Positions 47,837 to 59,800 of a DNA stretch of 64,000 nucleotides are shown in pieces. Source of the stretch: Phoronis australis (lineage: Eukaryota > Animalia > Phoronida); contig NMRA01000009.1 in the NCBI GenBank assembly GCA_002633005.1, positions 324,518-388,517 of the forward strand, in the 5' to 3' direction. The translations under genes were made by a program, and so were the position numbers. Under the pieces are notes generated by a model, which was given only the letters and a program-made list of their open reading frames with translations, did no database searches and was not told the DNA's origin. The stretch's first letter is position 1. Each line of letters opens with the position of its first letter.

Positions 47837-50800
47837 CTAAACAAAGATGAACTTCAGTATTTCCAAACATTTGGTCAGTTTCTTGGCAAGATACAACTAA
47901 GTTCTGCTCCTTCTCTTTTTAAAAAGATACCTGACTGTCTGTCCTCTATTAATTATCATACTTTAGTTTATTTTTCTTGTCAATAGGCCCGCTCATGAGA
48001 GTGCTTTTTGTCAAAAAAATTGGATTTTTAAGGGAAATTTTGAATGTTAAAAGCAGAAATTTGCTGAATTATTACCTTTGCTCACTCAACAAAAAATACT
48101 TGGAAATATTTATGAAAAAGTTCCGGAAATTTTTTCAAAGGACTTGCGTACTGGTATTTTAAAGCTGCATTTCGTCCTGTTTGGCTAGCCAGTAAAATTG
48201 GAAATCGAATTACCGGTAGGACTACTGTCTTATAACATTCCTTACCACCATAGGATTCTGTTTTCTTTACAAACAGGAACATCGAGACCATCTTGTTGAG
48301 CTTGGTCTCAATCAATAACAAATTGTCAGTTCTTTCCAAGCAGACTCCACCTTTTAATTTGAGTAAAGAACAAGTTGATAATCAACCTATTTCATAACTA
48401 TAAATGGTACGGGAGCGACCCAAGTGTTCCAGTGGCCCCATGAAAGCAATTGACTAGTGCTCAGGTGCTCACCAGCCATACACCTCATCAAAAAATCTGT
48501 CGAGCCATACGGACAACCAATATCTTGTCAATAACCAAAATGGCCAACAATGAGTGCTACGGTAGTCAAATCTGCCCATTAATGGACTGGTTCCATTGCA
48601 TTATCACCATACAACCCCATGCCTAATTTCATCATGATCCGGTAAGTGCGCCATACTAACAAAATTGCCATTAGTGAGCACCTCGATACTCTAACCCAGA
48701 TCTGAAAAACCATGTCAATGGTCTTGCAAATTTTCATAATTATCTTTTGAAATTGCCACTAGGGGGCACAGCGTTTGTTGAATAGCCCCTGAAAGTCATC
48801 GTCTTCTGTTGTTCGCTTCAATTAAAATACTTACTGACTTAAATAAAGATCCTGCTGTGGGTTTAGGAGATACAGCTATGGGCGCAAAACTACCACTACG
48901 AGGCGCCACAGAAGTCGTCATCGTCGACCGTCCTCGTCACACTGAGAACGCCAATAAAATGAATTTTCAAAATCATCCTTAGAATGCTTTGGACAGAGGG
49001 TGGATGCCAAGAACACTCAAAAACATCAAAAATGGCCACTAGGTGGCGCAAAATATCTCGATTCCATCCGAAAACGGGAGCATAGCGTCATCTCACCATT
49101 AGATTCTGCTATTCCAAATTTTATGAAAATCCGTAGAGAATCTTTGAAGATACAGAGGTAAACGTAAAAACTAAAATTGCCACTAGGGGGCACACTGGTA
49201 GTCATATCCGTCTGAAAGCGGTTGTCGTCCTTTGTCAACGTCATACAAATATACTTGCTAAATTTAGTAAAGATCCTGCAAGCAGTTTAGGAGATACAGC
49301 CAGGGGAGCAAAAAACTGCCACTAGGAGGCGCCACAGTTGTCGAAGTCATTTGAAAATTATCAAGAGCTGTCCTCTTCACAGTAAGAACATGTCAATTTC
49401 CACAATCGTCCTTAGAGCGGTTTGGTTGACAGAGGGATGGACGCAAAAAATAGACTCGACAACAGTAAAAATGGAAACTAGGTCGCCCAAACTATGTCCA
49501 ATCCATCCGAAAATGGAAGGATGACATCATCTTACTAGATGCCTATATGCCAAATTTTATGAAAATCCATTGAGGGCGCATAAACTCAAAAATTGCCACT
49601 AGGGGGCACAGCAGTAGTCAGATCCGTCTGAAAGTTACATCAGTCCTCACCAATGAGCTATATATGTATATATATTCAGAGGCGGATCTACAGGGGGGGT
49701 TCAGGGGGTTTAACCCCCCCCCCCCCTCGGGACAGGATCAAAAATAAAAACTGGAAAAAAAATCGCCAGAAAAACGAAATTAGCTACTAAAAATCCCAAA
49801 AAATCTTACACGGGAGGAGGGAAACCCTCTCGCGACCTTCCTTCTCCTCGGCGCTACGCGCCTCGAATTCTCTCGAATCCTAAACCCCCCCCTTTACTGA
49901 AATCGTAGATCTGCCACTGATATTTATCTCTCTGGTCGTCACATTCATGAATACAGCTGACTACACTTGCCAAATTTAACAGATCCAAAGGATTATCCGT
50001 TGAAATATTTGACGCCAAATGGTATTTTCACTTATATATTTTTAAGCAAAACTTCTTTCAGATGATCTAAACACCATAAATATATGTTAAGTAATTTTGG
50101 GCTATTTACTGTACCTTTGACATGGATTTTGTTTACACGGGACCTAGAAGACAGAGCTTGTGTAAGGACAGTTCCACCATAATTCCACTGAAAACGGGTG
50201 CGAAAGGGATCTCGGCTTATTTCCGTTACTTGTACAGTCGGAAAACGTCGATCTGAACAAGCCATTTTGTGAACGTCAGAATGAGAATCGGCCAAATCAC
50301 AATCAAGGTCCATATTCGGTGGCCACTTTTGGTGAAAAAATGAAGGTTGTCATATTACTGTAAAAGCTGGTTTATTTTAAAGTACCATCATTCCAGGTTT
50401 GTGATCTAAAATATTTTGCACAAGAACCATCGAATAAAATTTTATGGCCTAATGCATCACAGTTGTACAAAAGGGTACGTACACTACAACTTGTGGTCAC
50501 AACCCACTTCTACCATGCAAAAATTCATAAGGTAGCTGTTAACTTAATAAGTTTTTGATTAAACTGAAGAAGTATCACATACTAGAATAAGAAAAGTTAT
50601 TACCGTGCTGATCAAGTTGTTCTAGATGATGATACATTGCATATCTTAACACAATATAATGAGAACTTTCTTCTCTTGCAATATGATTCTTACAAAAAGA
50701 AAATGAGAGACTACTTTTTCAAAAACTTTATTTGTGCTATTTACCTAGTTTTCAATACATTCACTAGTTGGTCAAAATAGTTAAAGCAATGCTAGGCCCA

Positions 50801-53800
50801 GTGTTCCACTTGTAAACAGTAAAACATGGTACTGGTTGGGAGGTACGTACACTACGCACAGTCAATCAACGTCAAATTTTGACTAAGTTACAAGTGTATG
50901 GGATGGTCTCGAGTTTTGTGCTGCCTTTTAATTGTTGGTTTGTTGCAAGTTGAAGTTGCCTTGAGAGATAGAGAACCTGCCTCTGCAACATCAGTTGATA
51001 CATGACGTGTCTCCTAGGATTTTCAGTACCAGCCAAGTCCTGTGTGGCATTTTATTGTCCACAAATTTGATAATGTCCATTGGTTTTTTTTTTTTGTCAG
51101 ACTGTATTCATTTTGGAAATATCAGTATTGTTCATGAGAACAGCAGTATGTAAAAATTCTTGTGGGCAATACTTTATAGCACAGAGGCTGGAGGTACGTA
51201 CACTACACAGAGGTACGTACACTACATTTCAATGACTTTTCAGGTTTATAAAAAATAATCAAAATCTACTGAGAGTTAGTTCATTTACCAATATTCAAAG
51301 CGAACAACAAAAAGTACAGCATGCAGTCATGCGCATATCTCTCTGTCATTCTTTGAAAACAGGCACATGTTAAAATATAGCTGTACGTACACTTCACAAA
51401 TGCTGATATTTCACTTAAAACAGATGCATTTGTAATTAACACCCTTTTAACCTAGAATTTTTAATGGAGGAAGCTGTCTGTGACAAGTGATGCTTACTTA
51501 CCGTGCAATGTTTTTGCTTCATGGTATTTATTCACATGGGGGTACGTACACTACACAGGGGTACGTACACTACATTTCAATGACATGTCAGGTTTGTAAC
51601 TAAATACTTAGAATCTACTGACAGGTAGTTGATTTACTAAATCAATTCAAAGAGAAAAAATAAAAAGCAAATCATTCATGTGCATATCTGCCATACTTTG
51701 AAAATGGGCACAAATTAAAATATGGGAGTACGTACACTACACAAATGCTAATATTTCACCCAAAACAAATGTATTTGCAATAAACACTCTTTTAACCTAA
51801 CATTTTAAATGAAGGAAACTGTCTATGACCAATGTTGCTCACTTACCAAGTGATATTTTAATTTTATGACATTTGTAAACATGGGGGTACGTACACTACA
51901 AAAGGGAGTACGGTACGTACACTACATCACTGTTTATGCATCACATGGTAACATAATGTTGTATGGCCATTTATTTTTCTTTGATGATAATAAGCACCAT
52001 GTTGTTACTTAAAAGGCAATAATTCCATTTGCAATGACCATTTGTGTTACTGAATTCCACATGTGGGTACGCACAGTACATTTTGTTAGCCTTTTTGGCC
52101 CATTTTCAACATAGCAGAACTGATTCAATATCCAAACTTTTGGTTTGTTTAGATATTGAATAATATGCTGTGTTGCCTAGGCTGACATATTTTGAAGTTC
52201 TTTTTGTTACAGAGTGTGAACTTTTAGTTTTCAACCGTCTTTACAGTAGGTGAGGGTTAGAAACACAGGATTTAGAAATTTCGTAACGAGTGCCTGTTTT
52301 ATGATACCATTTCTCAATGATTAAGCACAAGTTCATCTAATTGACTCTGAAAGTGACTCAAGTTATTCCCAGTCATATCTAAACGCTTGCTTGCTTGATA
52401 AAATAAATTTATTTTCTACTCTTGACAGTTGAAAATTGTTATTTTTAAAATGGCCACTCGCAACGCTAAAAATGCATGAAATTCATAGACAAAAACATGC
52501 ATAAATTTCTCAAACATTGTCCGATTTTGATGATTCTTTTTTTAATTTGCACAACTAAATAACTCTTTGCATAATGAGATTCATTTGGCATTTGGTAAGT
52601 GACCAAAAAATTATTTTAGACCGTAACACAGTCAAGTCTCGAATATGGACCTGGATTGTGATTTAGCCGAATGTTATCAAATAACAAAACACAACGCGCG
52701 ACACGCATGACCCTCTTACGCAATCGGGAACTTCAGTGGCACGGTAACAGAAACTGTGACTAGAGTGGAGTTCAGTAACGCTACCGGTAGAACCTCGCCA
52801 AAATCACAGGCGTCCTCAGCTTCTGATCGTCCCCAATACACTACATATAATACTACATGTAGTGTATTGGGGACGATCAGAAGCTGAGGACGCCTGTGGC
52901 CAAAATGTAGCCAAAATCACGTTTTCTCATTTATGACACGGCAATATCTCGCGAAGTCTTGCTTTTAGCAGAAACTAACATAGGCAATTACATCGCCTTG
53001 AAAATTGAATGCCGCAGGCATACAGGGGCGACAGTAGGCCTACATCCCTATAAAACGTTACTCATTTCAAAATACAGCAAATAAAATCGAATGAAACATG
53101 CATATAATAAGGCACATGGAGTTATAATTAACACATACCATGACTCTGGATACAACTTAGTCAGCACAGATAACTTGAACATCCATGAAACAGAATTTGT
53201 CGTGGCTGGTTTGTTCGAGTTTCTCTTACCGGGTTGCCATTTTGAGGAAGTTACGTGAAATCACGCATGCTGACGAATAAAAAGTCCAAGGAACACAAAT
53301 CTTACAGAATTCACCCAATATCTTCAAATAAGCTATATTTATTGATATCTTCCATGCTATTTTACAAGTGTCACGCGCTTCGCTCAGTCTTGTCCTAGCC
53401 TTTGCTTTACTCACGTGACTCAGTTGAAATAGTGGTGAAAAAGGTTATGACCAAAAAGTGAAGTAGGAATTTTTCGCCAGTAACCTTAATTCTTGTAGCT
53501 ATGCTTCATCGAAGATATGTGTAGAAGTAGAAAGGACCACTGAAGAAAGTAACGCTTTTCTATTTTTAAATGTAGGCCTACAATGTATTTTTGACGAGGT
53601 GAAAACTCTTAATCGGTGCACGTTGAGCGGATTTCGCATACTGCCCTTTTAAAATACACGAGACGAAATTATAGAAAGCAATGGGAAGTAGTGTAGCCCC
53701 AACTGGAACCGTGGAGCTACGCCTGTTGCTTAGTCCTAGCGTTTACTGAACTCTGCTCTGATGTTAACATACATGGCGCGTGGATGAGTGCACTGGTGCA

Positions 53801-56800
53801 CAGCGACTGACATAAATTTACAAGTGAAGAAATGGGTCCTAGAAATCGTGTAAATTCCACGTTGCAGGATGTAGCCTATGTTCTAGTACAGGTTCAGGTA
53901 AGCAGCAATATCACAAGGCAGTGATTCGTGATTTTTTATTGTTCATGTCAGAGACGATGTATTTATATTTTATTCACAAAATTCTCACACGAGTTTCGGC
54001 ATCGTATCTATACAAGCTCGCGCTTTACATTCTCGCATTCTGCTTTCACTGAGCGAGCCCGTGGCTATCGACGTCCTGGATTTATTGGTTGAACACATAC
54101 TTGGAAAACCAGAGACCGTTAACGTCTTTGGGAAAACGCTTTCTGCAGACTCCTCGAACCACAGGCGTCCTCAGCTTCTGATCGTCCCCAATACACTATA
54201 CTACAAGGTATGACACTCGGGAATAGGAAATTCCGTGGGTGCTTCACTTCAGCTGTCCATATCAAACACAAACCTCAATAAATTTACACAAAACAGGGGT
54301 TCAGCACCCGTGGAATACCTAGTCCTGAGTGTCATACCTTGTGCAGGCCCGCAGCTAGCATTGCGCAGGGGGTGGTTCGAATTTCTTGAACGGTGGACCT
54401 TTGATATTTTGCAAACGTCGACACTGTGGAGTTTTCATTAAGGCCCTCAGTTGACGCAGCTTATTCAGGGGGAAGGAAATTTGTACGCACAACAATGACT
54501 CTCTGTTTTTGAGATGAGAGGGAATTAATAATACCAGAGGCAGAGATGAGGATGCTGTGACGGTTGCTCGCAAAGAACGCCGGGGACTCAGTTCGGATGT
54601 AATGTGGTCCAAAACGTTCTCGCGTTACTTCCTGCCAAATCTTCAAAATCAGGCATGCTTTCGGAGTGATAACACCTACTCGGACAGAAATATTTGACGA
54701 AATCTTTACGTAGTTATATTTTTGCGTGTTACTTAAATTGCTTACGTAGTTACATGCGCGCACCCAGGGGGGCTCGGGGGGCTGAAATAAGCCCCCCAAT
54801 TTGAGCCCCCCATTTGGCGAAGTGGGCAAAAAGGTCCGCCCGTGAGAAACAAAAAGTCCCAGAAAATGAGACAAAAGTTCACTAAACAAGCACAAACGCG
54901 CAACTCACAGTGGCGCCCCCGTTTTTTTTTTTAGTTCGCCGGTTATTTTGTTACCAAAAAGTCCACAACGTTAGGAATTCGAGCTCCCCCATATTGGAGG
55001 CTGGATGCGCGCATGCGTTAGAAATGGAAACAGCCCACTACTCACCATTCGGTTCGCCATTCCGAAGGTTCATTCCTTCGAAGGTTCACTACTACGAAAA
55101 GATTCAACTTTTTTCAGCTCATGTGTAAGTTTTACACTTTTACATCCAAAAATTAATGATACATACACTGAACGGTGTACCTATACCGAAAACAACGCCC
55201 GGGTACTAAAACACTTTGTTTGGATTTCATGCGCATGCGAAATTGGCCTCATGTCTTACGAATACGGAAAAAGCAGAACGTTATTGCATTTTAAAAAGTT
55301 TGTAGTGGGAATATTGATGAATTATCAACCACGATACATTCATCAAATCCATGTTAAGGTCGCATCAGCGCGACTGAAAAGTTTAGGGCCGCTGCGTCTG
55401 AACCTCACCCACCGGCAACGCACACGGCGGGTCGAAATTAAATGTAGCAAGCAGGCTAGCCTGTACCTGCCAGTCTTCCCGAAGTCAGTGAGCAAATTCG
55501 CCGCAGCCCTGACCAGTGCCCCAGATGCTTGAGAATGCGTCGTTAATTAGATTCAAGAATAACGTTTGGCAGTGATTGGATCCGAGCAATGAAATCAATG
55601 TATTAAGAACTAGTCAACTTTTGCACACCCTTTAGTGGTTACTAAATGGACACAAATACAACAAGTAATAATTTATCCATGTTTGTTACGACTCATTAGC
55701 AGACAATCAGAGTAATGAACTGTATGGCTCAGTGGTTTAAGGTCGGGACTCCTGTTTGGCAGACCCTGAGTTCGAATCCTGGCTTTACTGGCAGCCAATC
55801 GTCGAGTGTTGCACAAAGGTGTCTCGTACGCTTCTGAGCTGGGTCTTACTAGTGAAAATGCGCAATGGCGTCAATTAGAACCTGGATATAATGCGAAAGC
55901 GACTCCTGGGGCTGTGCTTATATTTAAGAAAAAAATAATTGTCGGAGTTCTGGTTTTGGAATTATGGACATTCAAAGTTGTGAACTTTCGAAGGTAGCGA
56001 ACAGTCGGAGTAGTGGACATTCGGTGTAGCTAGCGAACCTTCGGAATTGTGGTATCTAACCTTGGAAATCATCAAGTTAGTTGCTCGTATGAAATCTGTG
56101 AGGCTGTGCACCATTTACACAATTGACAAGAGAAAGCTATCTCCACTGACCAAATTTTTTATTGCGTCTTAGACCTACTTTTCTCAAAAAATGTGAACGT
56201 GCTCGTCGGTGTTTTCTAAGAGCAAGCAAACACGGTTATAGTTAAATTCTGGTTATTGAGCAACGACGGAGGGCTGCCTATAGTTAACTTAACGTCGGCT
56301 TCTACAAAATTTAAAAGGACGGAAACGCAAGCTCGTGTGCACGCATGCATGTCAATCCACCAATCTACAATCACCGAATTGGACACTGGATGAAAAACAT
56401 ACCTGTATTTGACGAACACTTTCAATTACAAATTTGAAAACGACTGCCCTTTACCGTACTATGCTAGCAAGCAATATCAGATAACAAACCTATTCTCTGC
56501 TGTTTTGTTTCTTGGTAGATTTTAAGGCATTCACACCGCACAGTGATTTTGGGAGCTATCTCGTTGCTATATAGCTTACCTAGGTATAGACATTTACTCC
56601 TAGACTCCCTTGTTTCCCTACCCTGTAACCACCACGCGCGTTTAATGCCGATGAGTAACATAAAACCTCCTCTAATCGTCTGCACGATCCTGTCATCTAC
56701 CCAAATACCACTCGGGCGAAGTGGGCCGGGTACTGCGGCCCGATGATTACGTGAAAAGCTTTGAATCAGAAGCAAATTCAAAATTATTACTAACTTAGTT

Positions 56801-59800
56801 ATCATTGTAGTTAGTAGTACCAGTAGCTGCAACAATTTTGTTGTAGTCCATCTGTATCATATCTTTAACGGACAGGCTCGAACCCCCCCCCCTGGCTAGG
56901 GGCCTGTTGTAGTATATATAGTACAGAGACGGATCCACGGGGGGGGGTTAAGGGGGTTTAAACCCTCCTGGTACAGGATAAAAAATCAAAAATAAAAAAC
57001 GTCGCCAGGAAAACGAAATCAGTTACAAAACCAAAAAAATCTTACACCGGATGGAGGAAACACCCTCCCGATCTCCTTTCGCTCGGCGCTATGCCTCTCG
57101 GATTCGCGCGAGTCCTAAACCAGGGGCGGATTTAGAGGGGGGCCAGAGGGGCCATGGCTCCCCCTAAAATATCCCAGATTTCATTTGGCAGTTCGGGGTG
57201 CGAATGCCTCAGGGGCAAAATCCTGGCTAATAGTCTACCCTGGCCCCCCAACTCAAAATCTTGGATCCGTCCATGTAAACCCCCTTACTGAAAACGTAGA
57301 TCTGCCATTGTAGTGACGATCAGAAGCTGAGGACGCCTGTGCCTCGAACAAGTTCTGATTAAGCTGTAGCACGGCAGCGAATGACTGGTAGCACATTGTC
57401 GTACGACAAAGCTCTGCCCATTAGGTCACGTGATGTAAGCAGGCTCTCAGCTCGCCGAACAAAACGTGCTTATTTCTTAATTTTAACAATATTGCATTTA
57501 CCATTTTCTCGTGATCATAACTTGGTTCAAAAGACAATTAAATTTAGCATGAGTACATATGATAATTGTTTGATGCAGTGTGGTACTTTAGAAGAAATAA
57601 GCGATCGAAGCCCTCAGATCTCCCGACGCTTTTCAGCCATTTCTGACGTTTTGATTTCGACCTGAAGTGCGACATGGAGACAACGGTGTCTGGGATTTTT
57701 TAAAGGTCTTTGATCCCGAGAACTCGGCTGTCAAAAATTAAAAAATCGTGACTTTTGACAGTCGAATTCTCGAGCTCAATGGTTTTAAAAAGGCCAGATG
57801 GCGTTTTGTTGCTAATAGACCAAATAAACAGACAATTTACTACAGTCTTAGGAAAAAAATATGACCTGTGGAAGTTATGGCGGTCTCCAAGGAAGATCGT
57901 GTTTTTTACGAAAATCGTGGTCACGTGATTTCGAACGTTCAAGCAATACTTTCGTTCAAATTATCGACTTTCCTGATTAACAAGGATTTGAAAAATAAAT
58001 GGAGTTTACATACAAACAATCAATATTTCAAAAAATATTAAAAGAAACGTGGCTCTCTGTACGAAAGGTAAGCAATGACCTCAAAGAATAGTCACGCAAC
58101 CGTCAATGAGCATGGTCGATGATTATCTAACCGAAGTGATGTCACATGATCTCATGCCTACCGGTCCCTAATCCTAAACGCACACAGATGACGTCACTTG
58201 CTGTCGAGTGACTGATTGCGCTTGGTGTAATGCCCAACCCTAAGAAACACATTACCAATTTTCAGAAAAATCCTTTGAGCGCTGGGTTTGGCTGATAAAG
58301 AGGTGGACGTCAAAAGCATTAAAAATAATAAAATAATAAAAATAAGATGGGCATGAGCTGTCTTCAACATCTCTCGTGGCGCTTTTTATTGCCCATCTTT
58401 CCAGAGATTATTATTTTATCTTTATGTTATTTGTACACTCATATTTCTGTACCGTATCAGTCATAATAAATGACCTTATATCGGGGACACACGGTCTCCT
58501 TTGTATCTCTGGAAACGGAGCTTGCGACGCACCTATTATTTTCGGGACATATTCCGAACAAAAAAATAATGGCCACTAGGTGGCTTAGAACCTGCGTCAA
58601 ATCCATCTGAAAATGAGAAGACGTCTTCATCTCCTTAATAGAAACCATGAGGCAAAGAAGATATTGATGAAAACGTAAACAAATGCCACTACGGAGCACA
58701 ATGGCAGTAGAACTGGTCAGCAAAATTACTGTCGTCTGTGATCAGGTTCACAGGAACACGTGAGCCAAATTTCAGGAAGATACTACGATATTCTAAGGGT
58801 AATTTTTAAATTCCATGAAAATTCTGTTTAGCCTACTTAAACACATTTGATTCAACTTGATTGAGAGAGAGCACTATTAGTTTCAACTATGGTTTGATGC
58901 ATTCAAATTGTTTTTATTAAGTTTAACAGAAGCGAATATTTAGATTGAAATATTATCCTACTTTAAAGAATCCTTCCAGCTTCTAAACATACTGGCATGT
59001 TTTTACTTTAATATGACCACGTGCTTACCTTTCGTATACAGCCTGGTAAGATTCTTGCAGGTGACATTTCTAGGGCCAAACGCTGGAGTAACACCGATAT
59101 AAATAGAGCAACTACCGTGAACGCGGCTGAGGTTTTGACTTGGAGAGCTGTAACAGTCGGGATTGGTGTAACGTGAAAAATGACGTAAAAATCTATCAAT
59201 GGACACGCCCATGCAGTTGACTGAAGAAGTCTGGAAACCCACTTATAACTTATATCCATCCTATTTACGTTTACCTTATCCGATACCTTTTTATACCATT
59301 TTAGTCCAATTTTTGCATATAGCCATATATGGCTAAGCGTAGCCAGTATAATTGACTTTTGTCCATTATAGTTCTATTCACTTCAATAGCTAAAACTGCA
59401 TTTGGCTGGTTTAACTGTCACCTTAAATGTTATTACATTGAAAACACAGACATCAACATCAGTAGAATTTGCGTAAGTCACGCTTCACTCACATGCTATT
59501 TTGAATTGGTTTGCCCCTTGGCTTAAGTGTTCTTTGTACATAAGGGCAGCTTCAATAACATAATTGGGCTAAAGACGCATGGAATAACATTTGTGCGGGT
59601 AGTTGTTTTGGAGTCCGTGAATCACCCACAAAATATCACAAATACTGGAAACGACGACTACCTGGAACGATAGACGGATAGTTGAGGTGAGGCAAGTTGA
59701 TCTGATTAACCACCATTGCTAGGCCGTTACATATGAGAATGGCAGACCCTGTGGGAAAAGAAAAACACATAAGTTACTTCAGCTAGTAATTTGAATGGTC

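Larger units (their letters stand above)
54160..57341. mobile_element. Same hairpin MITE family expanded to 3182 bp by nested insertions
   Basis: Left arm at 54160, truncated right arm ending 57341, TSD cctcgaac on both sides. Confidence 0.9.

Noticed and set aside
50474-52080. Interspaced GGTACGTACACTACA repeats as a CRISPR-like array
   Set aside because: Repeat only 15 bp, spacing irregular, spacers partly duplicated, no cas genes, eukaryotic intron; lies inside a TIR element
55717-55790. tRNA gene
   Set aside because: A and B boxes present but acceptor and anticodon stems do not pair convincingly and no T-run terminator follows; treated as a SINE head
58457-58737. Extra intracellular-loop exon of the receptor
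   Set aside because: Matches the Helentron-like repeat family; 59029 splices in phase directly to 47836 with a sensible sequence
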